The notes below the pieces were generated by a model, which saw only the letters and a program-made list of their open reading frames with translations, did not search any database and was not told where the DNA came from. Both the position numbers and the translations under genes were made by a program. 64,000 nt of DNA from Victivallales bacterium (GTDB lineage Bacteria > Verrucomicrobiota > Lentisphaeria > Victivallales > GWF2-38-69): assembly GCA_965228125.1 (NCBI GenBank), contig OZ245791.1, positions 961,596 through 1,025,595 on the forward strand, in the 5' to 3' direction. Positions 54,908 through 64,000 of the stretch are shown here, piece after piece. Every line of letters starts with the position of its first letter. Position 1 is the stretch's first letter.

Positions 54908-56731
54908 TTATTTAAATATAACCGATTTGCGGCCGATAATTTTTTCACTCACTTCCAAAGCAGCGCTTACGTCAAAAGACGGCGCAAATCCATCTTGTGG
55001 CTCCCTGAGAAGTTTTTCATATTCACTACGGAAACCATTAATAGAAGAAAGAATCGGCCTTGGAGAAGTCTGCCCTAAACCACAACGGCTGGATGTCTGA
55101 ATACTAGCGCCTAGTTTCTGTAGGTATTCTATATCACCTTTCTCTCCAAAGCCATTCATTATTTTTTTAAGCTTGTCTTTAAGAAGGACATTTCCTACTC
55201 TGCAAGGGGTACAATACCCACAGCTTTCATCAATAAAGAAGTTTACAAAATATTCAACTATTTCCAGAATACTACGAGTCTTGTTGAAAATCATTATCGA
55301 ACCGCCGGTAACAAGATCGTCATAGCAGATTATTCGCTTGAACTCTGCAGGCGCTATCAGAAATCCTGACGGGCCTCCGACCTGTACTGCCTGCGTATCT
55401 AAAGCTCCGGACAGTTTAAGCAGTTCATCCATTGTTATTCCATACGGAACCTCGTAGATTCCCGGGGCAGCACAATCTCCGCAGACGCTAAGGAGTTTGG
55501 TTCCTGTACTGCCTTTCGTTCCTATTGAAACAAACCAAGCAGGGCCTCTATTTATTATCTGGACTACACAACAAAAAGTCTCAACATTGTTAACAGATGT
55601 TGGAGTGCCAAGATAACCCTTCTGAGCCGGAAAAGGCGGACGATTCTTCGGGTCACCACGCAATCCTTCGCATGAGCTTATAAGAGAAGTTTCTTCCCCG
55701 CAAACATAAGCTCCGGCTCCCATCTGTATTCTTATATCAAAGTCAAACCCTTTTTTGCCGATAATCGCCTTCCCGAGAAGATTCAATTTACGTCTCGACT
55801 CTAAGACATCTTCCAGATAGTCTAGTAAGTAGGAATATTCAGCCCTGAGATACAATATGCCTGTATCAGCCCCGACGGCATAGGCTCCGATAGTCATTCC
55901 TTCAAACACCATATCTGCCCTTTCTGTGAGAATAACCCTGTCTTTGAATGTGCCGGGTTCCCCTTCATCAGCATTACAAATTATGGTTTTCTTATCTCCG
56001 ATGGCATTTCTGGCAAATTCCCATTTCATGCCCGTTGGGAACCCTGCCCCGCCACGGCCACGCAATCTGGAGGCCTTAATTTCCCTGATGACTTCTGCCG
56101 GACTTAAAGCAATGACTTTGTTGAGCGCCTCGGATTTTTTATACTCTCCGAAAACAACTTCACCTGGCTTCCTAATATGGTTATTTACCATGGATTTAAC
56201 CAGAGGATGCGCATTGTTGCCATCGCCAAGACAACGAGGAATTTGCAAAACATCATGAGTTTGTTTCAAAATCCTAACTATCTCTCTAGTCCGTTCGGTC
56301 GAAAGATTAGTAAAAACAAAGTCATTGATAATAGCAGCAGGAGATTGATCCGACATCCCTATGCATGGAACATACTCCAAAGAGAACATCTCATCAGAAG
56401 TTGTTTTACCGAATTTTATCCCAAGTTCGTCTTCAAAAACTTCAGCGATCTTATCTACGCCTGATAATCGATCAATAATATCGTCACATAAACTTATCGT
56501 GAACTTTCCTTTCTTCTCTTTTGAAATAAACGCATAGAAAGAGGCAACACTCTGAACTTCTACTCTGTAGGTACCAAGCTCCCTGGCAATAATATCAAAG
56601 GTAAATTCCGGAGTATATCCAAACTGCGACTGAACTTTTCTTAAAACATCCAGAAGCCTGGTTTTGTCATTCCCGAAATCCCTACAAATATTCACAATCA
56701 AATCAGTTGTATTTCCCTTTACTGAAACCAT
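54908..56731 (-). CDS. HoxF-like NuoE-NuoF fusion (NAD(P)H-binding FMN flavoprotein)
   Basis: 607 aa. NuoF motifs GRGGAGFPTGMKW, NADEGEPGTFKDR, ESCGYCTPCR. The N-terminal NuoE-like domain has canonical spacing but the ligands are C82/D87/C123/S127. Confidence 0.8.
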   Translation of the reverse strand: MVSVKGNTTDLIVNICRDFGNDKTRLLDVLRKVQSQFGYTPEFTFDIIARELGTYRVEVQSVASFYAFISKEKKGKFTISLCDDIIDRLSGVDKIAEVFEDELGIKFGKTTSDEMFSLEYVPCIGMSDQSPAAIINDFVFTNLSTERTREIVRILKQTHDVLQIPRCLGDGNNAHPLVKSMVNNHIRKPGEVVFGEYKKSEALNKVIALSPAEVIREIKASRLRGRGGAGFPTGMKWEFARNAIGDKKTIICNADEGEPGTFKDRVILTERADMVFEGMTIGAYAVGADTGILYLRAEYSYLLDYLEDVLESRRKLNLLGKAIIGKKGFDFDIRIQMGAGAYVCGEETSLISSCEGLRGDPKNRPPFPAQKGYLGTPTSVNNVETFCCVVQIINRGPAWFVSIGTKGSTGTKLLSVCGDCAAPGIYEVPYGITMDELLKLSGALDTQAVQVGGPSGFLIAPAEFKRIICYDDLVTGGSIMIFNKTRSILEIVEYFVNFFIDESCGYCTPCRVGNVLLKDKLKKIMNGFGEKGDIEYLQKLGASIQTSSRCGLGQTSPRPILSSINGFRSEYEKLLREPQDGFAPSFDVSAALEVSEKIIGRKSVIFK

Positions 56732-56880
56732 TCTGAATACCTCTTAATATAAAATAGAACAATATTAGTTTGGCAGCTTTCCATCATACAAGATGGAATT
56801 CTATAACTCTAAGTGGCATAAATCCAGTTCAAATCTCTCTATCTAGTTAGAAATTAACGCCGCCGTCATCCTACAAGGTT

Positions 56881-57495
56881 TTAAAAATTGCGAGAATTAA
56901 ACACTTCGTGTCTCATGGAGTAAAATTTTTCCTCAGAATGAAGAACCGGCATCTCTTTGATGACCTTAAAGCCCCAACTTTCATACTTCAGGACATTTTT
57001 CTGACATTGAGTTATCAGGGAGCAGGAAAGATTTGCATTTCTTGCTTTTTCCAGCATAGGCCGGATTAATAACGAAGCATATTTTTGGTTCACGAATTCA
57101 AGGCGGACAGCTACCAAATGCAGGTACCATTGTGGTTCCTGCCCAAGATGGGCTGTCAAGGCAGCGATTACTTCATTCACAGCCTGTATTTTTTCCATAG
57201 TGTTTTGGGACTTGAAATCCTGTGCAGTAAAAGGTGGTTCAACTGCGGCATCTTCAGAATGATCCATACCCGGAGGGAACCAGATACTGACAGCCTCCAT
57301 TTTCGATGATGTAGCTTGTCGCACAGCTTTAGTGGGGCAGGAAGTCACAAGAAAGCGGAAAAACCGTTTTTTCAGGAGTATATGGTTTGGCTCATCATTG
57401 AATATAAAATTCCCAATAGGGTCATCGCAGTTGATAAAAGCCTCTGCAGATATGTCAGCAAGGCTATCAATCTGACTCAATGGTATTTCATACAT
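56881..57495 (-). CDS. GNAT-like acetyltransferase (weak)
   Basis: 204 aa. LHLVAVRLEFVNQKYASLLIRPMLEKA ... YESWGFKV resembles the GNAT motif A/B layout. Confidence 0.5.
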   Translation of the reverse strand: MYEIPLSQIDSLADISAEAFINCDDPIGNFIFNDEPNHILLKKRFFRFLVTSCPTKAVRQATSSKMEAVSIWFPPGMDHSEDAAVEPPFTAQDFKSQNTMEKIQAVNEVIAALTAHLGQEPQWYLHLVAVRLEFVNQKYASLLIRPMLEKARNANLSCSLITQCQKNVLKYESWGFKVIKEMPVLHSEEKFYSMRHEVFNSRNF

Positions 57496-57593
57496 GCCAA
57501 ATTTTCCTTTCGCTTTCGTATTTATTATCAGAAAAAGCTGTTGTTTATTAAAAATTATTCAGTTAAAATCTAGATAAACAAGGGAGAATCTCA

Positions 57594-59570
57594 ATGAAAA
57601 AGATATTAAGAATTACAGTCGCTATAATTGCTATCGCACAATTGTTATGCTCACTTGGCATGGCTGAATCAACTGTTAGTCCTGAACAAATCGCCGATAC
57701 GCAAATTAGGCAGGCTCTGTCTAATGGCGCATCTTCAGCGACCGTTGCCATAATGGACGGTAACGGGATAGTGTATGCTCAAGCGTTTGGCATGAGAGGT
57801 AAGGCTAATAGCATACCAGTAGATACTAGAACGCAATTCACTATAGGTTCGACAAGTAAAATTTTTGCTGCTGCTGCTATCTTGTTGTTGTGCGAAGATG
57901 GAAAAGTGCAGTTGGACAAACCTGTTATAGAATATCTGCCCGCCTTTAAAATGGCTGACCCTCGCTATAAAGATATTACCGTAAGAATGCTCCTTAATCA
58001 CTCTTCCGGTATACCTGGGACAAACTACAAAGATTCCGAAACAAGCGTTAAGAACCGCCAATATATCGAACAGACTTTGGCATTACTTAGAAAGTGCAGT
58101 TTGAAATCAGATCCAGGAGATATAAGTATCTATTCTAATGACGGACCTACATTGGCTGAGGCTCTAGTAGAGAAAGTTTCCGGCATGAGTTACTCTAATT
58201 TCCTGCAAGAAAAAATATTCAATAAATCTGATATGAAGAACACAAGTTGCTACTTCAAAGATGGAAACGAAAATATCGCTATTCAACATAAAGAAGGAAA
58301 AGCTATACCTGTGTCCTACGTTAATCCGCTTGGTTCTGCAGGTATAGCTTCAACAGCTATTGACCTGTGCCATTTTGCACACGCCATGTGGAGCGGCAAA
58401 TTGCTCAATAAAAAATTTCTGGCAGAATACTGCAAAGAGCAGTACGGACCTCATACTGCACTCACAGGTAAACCCTATGATAAATACGGATTGGGTTGGG
58501 ATACAGTTTCAAAAGATGAATTCGCCAGCCAAGGCATTACCGTCATTGCCAAAGACGGAGATACTAACCAATTCCATTCATGCATCTTCACTGCTCCCGA
58601 AGAAAAACTGACGGTTGCCATAATCGCCTGCGGCCCGGCAGATGTTGTAGAAATTGCATTGAAAATCATGCAGGCGCTACTCGAAGAAAAAGGCTATGTA
58701 CAAGCAGAAGTCAAAAAAACTTCTCAGCAATTCAAGGCAGTGATTCCTAATGATATGCTAAAATTCGAGGGCATTTATATGAACATGAAAGGCGGTGCCG
58801 CTTTCAAGGTCACGTTTGACAAGGCAACAAACATGGTCAGAGTTTTACCCTTTGAAAATGGCAAATTTATTAATCCTGGACCAGATAGTGACATTTATTT
58901 AATGAGTGACGGTTATTTCCATAACCCGCCTTTTACTTTTAAGTTTGTTGAGAATGATAAAGGCAAATACAAAGCAAAGTGCATGGTGAACTATGTCAAT
59001 GGCTCTGACGGTTGCTCTGTCCTTATGCAAATGCTGCAACCTCTTCAACACCCTTTCCCGACAAAAAATTTTGGTAATAGGTCATGGCTGTCATCTAACC
59101 TCTTGTATTATGACCTAAGTCCTGCTCCTTTTGTCATAAGTTCTGAGGTAGATGGACTGCCCGGATATATCGGCATAAACAATGACATCTTAAGACTTAC
59201 CGGAGAGACTACAGCGACATCTGCTTTGCCATATTTGCGTGACACCAAGGAGGCTTCGCTTGTCGAAAAAAATGGGAAACAGTACTTAAACGTTCTTAAC
59301 TACCTGTATTCTGATAGCAAAAATACTATGAGTTTGCAACCTCAAGAAAAAGTAGTAATAGGAAAAGAAGGGTACAATGAATGGCGCTCTGCCGATAAGG
59401 ATTTTATCCTTGACTGTTCCGTTCCTGCAAAATCCAGGATTCTTGTAATCTCAGCCAATGGGAAGATTCTCTACGACAGTCTGTTGGAAGGATTTAAACC
59501 CTTCGAATTAAAAAAAGGGGACTTTGTCAGTTTTATAGGACAACCAAGCAGTAAATTTGTTTTACGATAA
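57594..59570 (+). CDS. Exported serine hydrolase (beta-lactamase/PBP4*-type) with ~270-aa C-terminal extension
   Basis: 658 aa. Signal peptide. SxxK FTIGSTSKIF, YSN motif (YSNDG), HSSGIP. The C-terminal third has no domain I recognise. Confidence 0.8.
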   Translation: MKKILRITVAIIAIAQLLCSLGMAESTVSPEQIADTQIRQALSNGASSATVAIMDGNGIVYAQAFGMRGKANSIPVDTRTQFTIGSTSKIFAAAAILLLCEDGKVQLDKPVIEYLPAFKMADPRYKDITVRMLLNHSSGIPGTNYKDSETSVKNRQYIEQTLALLRKCSLKSDPGDISIYSNDGPTLAEALVEKVSGMSYSNFLQEKIFNKSDMKNTSCYFKDGNENIAIQHKEGKAIPVSYVNPLGSAGIASTAIDLCHFAHAMWSGKLLNKKFLAEYCKEQYGPHTALTGKPYDKYGLGWDTVSKDEFASQGITVIAKDGDTNQFHSCIFTAPEEKLTVAIIACGPADVVEIALKIMQALLEEKGYVQAEVKKTSQQFKAVIPNDMLKFEGIYMNMKGGAAFKVTFDKATNMVRVLPFENGKFINPGPDSDIYLMSDGYFHNPPFTFKFVENDKGKYKAKCMVNYVNGSDGCSVLMQMLQPLQHPFPTKNFGNRSWLSSNLLYYDLSPAPFVISSEVDGLPGYIGINNDILRLTGETTATSALPYLRDTKEASLVEKNGKQYLNVLNYLYSDSKNTMSLQPQEKVVIGKEGYNEWRSADKDFILDCSVPAKSRILVISANGKILYDSLLEGFKPFELKKGDFVSFIGQPSSKFVLR

Positions 59571-59630
59571 ATTATATATAATACGATAAGCTAGCAATTC
59601 AGTGAAACTCAAATTCAGGAAATGGAATAT

Positions 59631-59792
59631 ATGATCGGATACATCATTACCTCAGTAATAGTACTCTGTGCCATTTTGTACCTATGCAAAGTTATCTACA
59701 AAGCCTATTCCGGCAAAGGTAACTCTTGCGGCTGTGGATGCAACTGTTCAAGTAAGTCCTGTTCAAATCCCAGTTCCGAAAAAAAGAAATAA
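59631..59792 (+). CDS. FeoB-associated Cys-rich membrane micro-protein family (53 aa), not in ORF track
   Basis: My translation: MIGYIITSVIVLCAILYLCKVIYKAYSGKGNSCGCGCNCSSKSCSNPSSEKKK. AGGAAA lies 7-8 nt upstream. It has one TM helix plus a CGCGCNC tail. A terminator follows. An in-frame ATG at 59622 is an alternative start. Confidence 0.6.
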   Translation: MIGYIITSVIVLCAILYLCKVIYKAYSGKGNSCGCGCNCSSKSCSNPSSEKKK

Positions 59793-59817
59793 CGTTCTTG
59801 GAAAATAAACCCTTTTG

Positions 59818-59857
59818 GCTATACTTCTCATTGTATAGCATCGTTTTCTGTTTTTTG
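59818..59857 (+). terminator. Rho-independent terminator after the micro-protein gene
   Basis: GCTATAC-TTCTCATT-GTATAGC, then ATCGTTTTCTGTTTTTT. Confidence 0.65.
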
Positions 59858-59912
59858 TAATTCTTAATCAAGTCTACAATATAAACACCCAATATTTTTC
59901 ATAAGAGAGGAA

Positions 59913-60623
59913 ATGGATAAATCAAAAAACATAGTTTTACGCAACATTAAGAAAACGTATTCGATGGGAGAATTATCCGTACAGGTACTTAAAGGAATGG
60001 ACCTCGAAATCATTCAAGGAGAAATTACTGTAATTATCGGAGCCTCCGGTTCAGGAAAAACAACCCTTCTGAATATCCTTGGAGGAATAGATAAACCAAC
60101 TGAAGGAAATATATATTTTAATGATCAGGACATAACCAAATTCTCAGAAAGTGAGCTTACGCAGTACAGAAGAAAACATGTCGGGTTTGTTTTTCAGTTC
60201 TACAACCTGATTCCCACCCTTACAGCAGTTGAAAATGTGCAGGTAGCCACAGAAATATCTGCCAATCCCATGGACCCTATTGAAGCTCTCAGGCTTGTCG
60301 GCATGGAGGATAGAGTCAATTATTTCCCTGCCCAGTTGTCTGGCGGGCAACAGCAAAGAGTTTCCATAGCAAGGGCCATATCAAAAAACCCGGCTCTTAT
60401 ACTTTGCGATGAACCTACCGGTGCTCTTGATACCAGCACGGGACAGTTAATACTCAAAACTCTTGTTGACGTAAATAGAAAAATAGGGGCAACCATCGTC
60501 ATCATCACTCATAATACTCCGATTTCACAGCTTGCCCATAAGGTAATAAAAATAGATAGCGGGCTCATCACTCATACTAACTGCAATGAGAAAACTATAT
60601 CTCCAGAGGATATACAGTGGTGA
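59913..60623 (+). CDS. ABC transporter ATP-binding protein (MacB/LolD/YbbA-type)
   Basis: 236 aa. Walker [10 protein letters not shown], signature LSGGQQQR, Walker [13 protein letters not shown]. Confidence 0.92.
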   Translation: MDKSKNIVLRNIKKTYSMGELSVQVLKGMDLEIIQGEITVIIGASGSGKTTLLNILGGIDKPTEGNIYFNDQDITKFSESELTQYRRKHVGFVFQFYNLIPTLTAVENVQVATEISANPMDPIEALRLVGMEDRVNYFPAQLSGGQQQRVSIARAISKNPALILCDEPTGALDTSTGQLILKTLVDVNRKIGATIVIITHNTPISQLAHKVIKIDSGLITHTNCNEKTISPEDIQW

Positions 60624-62995
60624 CCGTTCTCCTCAGAAAAACAAGGCGAGAGTTGTTCCTGTCAAAAGGGATGATAGCCGCCATTGTCTGCATAATAGCC
60701 GTCGGTACCGGCCTTCTTATAGGGATGTATTCAACTTTCAAGGATCTTGACACTGCCAAAATTTCCTATTATTCGAAATGCAGGATGGCGGATTTCTGGA
60801 TAGATGCAAAAAAGGTACCTCTATCCGTTCTTAATACAATTAATACAGTAGGCTGTTCAGAGATCAGAACAAGAATATCATTCCCCGTGTTAGTAGATTT
60901 GCCTAACGCAAAAAGACCAGTAAGCGGGCTTGCAATGTCGCTTCCCGACAAACCTGAACATGTAATCAACTCTATTATTATCAGAAGCGGCAGTTATTTT
61001 TCCAACACTTCCCCAAATGAAGTAATAGTGTCCGAAAAGTTTGCCAATGCCAGAAATATAGTCCCTGGAGATTCCATAGATTTGATAATGAAAGGGCAGT
61101 TGAAGAAGCTTTATGTTATCGGGACGGCAATAAGCAGCGAATTTGTCTATATGACCCCACCAGGCTCAATCTGCCCTGACCCTAACAATTATGGCGTATT
61201 CTGGATTAAAAGAAGTTTCGCAGAAAACACTTTTGCCTTTCAAGGATCCTGCAATTCTATCGTAGGGATATTGACTCCTGAATCAAAACTCCATCCCGAT
61301 GAAGTGATAAACAAAATCGTTAAACAAATCAACCCGTATGGAGTCCTAAACCACACTAGCCTCTCCGAACAATATTCCAATCTTTCTCTAGTAGCCGAAT
61401 TAGGCGGATTAATGACTATGTCAATAGCGATGCCTTTAATCTTCCTTGCTATTTCAGCTCTTGTTTTAAATATCCTTATGCTGCGTCTGGCGGAGCAGCG
61501 CAGAGTTGAGACAGGCACATTGAAAGCCTTGGGCGTGAGCAACGGAGAAATTTTGAATCAATGTCTTCTTTTTAGCGGTTTTATAGGATTGTGCGGAGGC
61601 ATAGCAGGATGCGTCATAGGATTCGTACTTTCATCCCAGATGGTCAAAATGTACCAGGGATTTTTCACCTTTCCCGATCTAAGAAATTCTGTTTATCCCA
61701 GCATAATGTTTCTGGCTATTGTTATATCAATAGTTTTTTCTGTTCTGGGGGCAATAAAGGGAACCTCAGGCATATTAAAACTCAGCCCGGCTGAATCAAT
61801 GAAGCCTCCGCCGCCACAAATAATAAAAGGCATTTTTATAGAAAGAATTCCATGGCTTTGGAAAAAATTTGATTTCGCGTGGCAGCTTGTTTTACGCAGC
61901 ATATTTAGAAACACATTTAGGACTATTTCCGGAATAATAGCCTCTGCTTTCGGGGCAGCTATGGTTTTTCTTGCCATAGGAATGTACCAGTCGCTTGAAT
62001 ACATGCTTGATTTCCAGTTCGAAAAAGTCGTTAAGTACGATTATATGATTTCATTGCAGGATTTTAATTCGATAGACGCCGCTCAGGACTTAAAGAAATT
62101 TCCAGGAATTTATTACACGGAACCTCAGCTCAATATTTCCGGCACTTTCACCAACGGAAGATTTTCAAAACAGGGAAACATATCAGGGATAATAAAAAAT
62201 TCTAAACTGATACACCCTTGTCTAATTTCAGGTAAACGACTTATTATTCCAAGTTCAGGCATATTAATGTCTGACAAAATTGCCTCAGATCTTGGACTCA
62301 AAGCCGGTGATATAGTAGATTTTACGCCTTCACAGGGATTGAGAAAAACCAGCCAGATCAGAATCGCCGGCATCATTGACAGTACTTTCGGGCTTCCGGT
62401 TTATGCAAGTTTCCATTATCTGAACAAAATACTCTCTCAGGAGAGTACCCTGAACAGTATTTTAATTGACGCAAAACAAACTCCTGAAGAGAAAAGCCAA
62501 TTCCTGAAAAAACTAATTCAATGCCCTGCAATTTCTTCAGTAAATATTACGGCAGAAACTCGTAATGAAATAGACAATCAGCTTATTTCCAGTTTAACAG
62601 GGACCACTTATGTCATGATACTTTTTGCCGCTGTCATATTTTTGTGTTCAATTTTGAACTCTTCTCTGATATCTATTTCAGAAAGAAAAAGAGAAATAGC
62701 CACATTGAGAGTACTGGGATACACCGCTAGGGAAACAGGAAAAATATTTTTCAGGGAAATTGTTTCAATAAACCTGCTGGGAAGCATACTCGGACTTCCT
62801 ATCGGCTACTGGATGCTTGACTATATGTGCCTTATGTATCAGAATAATGCATATTCGATGCCGTGCATAACAAACTATTTCACTGTTTCAATGACTTTAA
62901 TGATCTCAATATTATTTATCCTGATTTCATTTACGATTGTACGCAGGAATATAAACAAACTTGAATGGCCTGAGGCCTTGAAATTAAAAGAATAA
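60617..62995 (+). CDS. ABC transporter permease with two FtsX domains (YbbP-like)
   Basis: 792 aa. GTG start overlapping the ATPase stop. Two large periplasmic loops, each followed by FtsX-type TM bundles (…TLKALGVSN…, …TLRVLGYTA…). Confidence 0.85.
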   Translation: MVTVLLRKTRRELFLSKGMIAAIVCIIAVGTGLLIGMYSTFKDLDTAKISYYSKCRMADFWIDAKKVPLSVLNTINTVGCSEIRTRISFPVLVDLPNAKRPVSGLAMSLPDKPEHVINSIIIRSGSYFSNTSPNEVIVSEKFANARNIVPGDSIDLIMKGQLKKLYVIGTAISSEFVYMTPPGSICPDPNNYGVFWIKRSFAENTFAFQGSCNSIVGILTPESKLHPDEVINKIVKQINPYGVLNHTSLSEQYSNLSLVAELGGLMTMSIAMPLIFLAISALVLNILMLRLAEQRRVETGTLKALGVSNGEILNQCLLFSGFIGLCGGIAGCVIGFVLSSQMVKMYQGFFTFPDLRNSVYPSIMFLAIVISIVFSVLGAIKGTSGILKLSPAESMKPPPPQIIKGIFIERIPWLWKKFDFAWQLVLRSIFRNTFRTISGIIASAFGAAMVFLAIGMYQSLEYMLDFQFEKVVKYDYMISLQDFNSIDAAQDLKKFPGIYYTEPQLNISGTFTNGRFSKQGNISGIIKNSKLIHPCLISGKRLIIPSSGILMSDKIASDLGLKAGDIVDFTPSQGLRKTSQIRIAGIIDSTFGLPVYASFHYLNKILSQESTLNSILIDAKQTPEEKSQFLKKLIQCPAISSVNITAETRNEIDNQLISSLTGTTYVMILFAAVIFLCSILNSSLISISERKREIATLRVLGYTARETGKIFFREIVSINLLGSILGLPIGYWMLDYMCLMYQNNAYSMPCITNYFTVSMTLMISILFILISFTIVRRNINKLEWPEALKLKE

Positions 62996-63021
62996 TTTAA
63001 AATATATTTATGGAGAACTCT

Positions 63022-64000
63022 ATGAAGAAGAAAAGAATCATTACAATCCTAATACTAGTAGCCGTAGTTATCATTTTAGTATATTCTTTCATGCCGGCGC
63101 CTCTTCAAGTAGAGGCAGCTAAAGTAAGAAAAGAAACTATTTACAGTTATGTTGAGCAACGTTCTGAAACGTCTCTGCCATTTGTTTACAAGGCTACAAT
63201 GCCTTTCGATGGAATTATAGAAACCATCAAAGTCAAAACCGGCGATATGGTCAAAACCGGCGACACTGTCGTCATTGTAAACCAAAATACTATTAAAGCC
63301 AGAATAGCCGAAACTCAGGCAAAGATTAACATGGCAAACGCCAGCATTAATGTCCTGGAAAATAATGCCATAGAAAATACGGCGCTTACCGAATCAACAG
63401 GCTGGATCGAAACAATGAAAACCATCGTGGCAATTTCTAAGGAAAAAATAACAGCAAGTGAAGCTCAGCTCAAATATGCCGACCAATTCAAGGAAGCTAT
63501 TCTTAAAAGCGGCCAGGGATTCAGCCGTATCCAGGATTTTGACGCAATAATGAAGGCTGCAGTAAGCAAACAAGATTTTGTACAATCTACGCTGGAAACG
63601 AAAGCTTTTGAATTAGTTCATACAATATTTACTCTGGCACCTGTTTATATCAATGAATACATGAACAGGAAGACTCTGCAAAAAGCGGTGCTGCTCTGCG
63701 AAATAGAAGGCTACAAAGCCACATTATCTGAGCTTAACTATCAATTAGGCCAGACTGAAATAAAAAGTTCCGTTGATGGAATCGTTCTGGCACAATACAT
63801 AAAAAACAATTCTTTCCAGAATGCAGGCACAGATATATTGGACATTGGCGACATGAGAAACCTGGAAATCACATCCGATGTGCTCACTTCAGATGCGTTG
63901 GGCATTAAGGTTGGCTGCAAAACTGAAATTTACGGTGGAGCCCTCGGAGAAAATAACATAATAAAAGGCAAAGTCATTCAGGTAGAACCACAGGCGTTCA
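63022..64000 (+). CDS. HlyD-family periplasmic adaptor (membrane fusion protein), 5' part; continues beyond the window
   Basis: Not in the ORF track (no stop in window). My translation: MKKKRIITILILVAVVIILVYSF...MPFDGIIETIKVKTGDMVKTGDTVVIVNQ... (lipoyl/barrel-sandwich motif), then coiled-coil-like sequence. TGGAGA RBS. Confidence 0.75.
   Translation, partial: MKKKRIITILILVAVVIILVYSFMPAPLQVEAAKVRKETIYSYVEQRSETSLPFVYKATMPFDGIIETIKVKTGDMVKTGDTVVIVNQNTIKARIAETQAKINMANASINVLENNAIENTALTESTGWIETMKTIVAISKEKITASEAQLKYADQFKEAILKSGQGFSRIQDFDAIMKAAVSKQDFVQSTLETKAFELVHTIFTLAPVYINEYMNRKTLQKAVLLCEIEGYKATLSELNYQLGQTEIKSSVDGIVLAQYIKNNSFQNAGTDILDIGDMRNLEITSDVLTSDALGIKVGCKTEIYGGALGENNIIKGKVIQVEPQAF

Noticed and set aside
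56771-56796. TGGCAG...-type sequence resembling a sigma-54 -24 element, and a 5-bp hairpin CCATC-N6-GATGG between the GNAT and HoxF-like genes.
   Set aside because: It sits on the wrong strand for the HoxF-like gene, the -12 TTGC element is absent at the right spacing, and the hairpin is too short to be meaningful.

Overview
AT-rich (roughly high-30s % GC by eye), densely coding bacterial chromosome segment from a Gram-negative-type organism (lipoboxes, ExbB/ExbD/TonB-like set, GspE ATPases). My guess is a PVC/Lentisphaerae-like lineage, but I cannot establish this from sequence alone. About 55 protein genes, one tRNA-Thr(UGU), and no rRNA. I found no CRISPR array, transposase, integrase, IS element or prophage signature. 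Most of the window is housekeeping: tandem GspE/PilB ATPases; nusA-infB-rbfA-nrnA; rpsT; rplU; recA; priA; purB; hisB-hisH-hisA; an AICARFT-only purH; nfnAB; fucP; amn; a Dtp-type peptide permease. Accessory-looking content is a 1399-aa secreted chitinase with two GH18 domains, and a larC / giant tandem transglutaminase-like / PLP-decarboxylase operon. There is also an orphan HoxF/HoxU-like diaphorase pair, a GT2+GT39 glycosylation pair, an ankyrin lipoprotein, several orphan ORFs, and an ABC (ATPase / double-FtsX permease / HlyD adaptor) exporter preceded by an unannotated Cys-rich micro-protein. I see no clear-cut defence island or mobile element. The best candidate for an undescribed system is the tightly packed larC - exported DUF3857-type transglutaminase - Orn/DAP-type decarboxylase operon (32.06-38.42 kb). 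Secondary candidates are regulatory. They are an 11-bp-arm perfect palindrome over the recA -10 box, three phased ATCAACT heptamers upstream of the chitinase, and an intrinsic terminator inside the nusA leader. All functional calls come from motif recognition by eye; no database search was possible.
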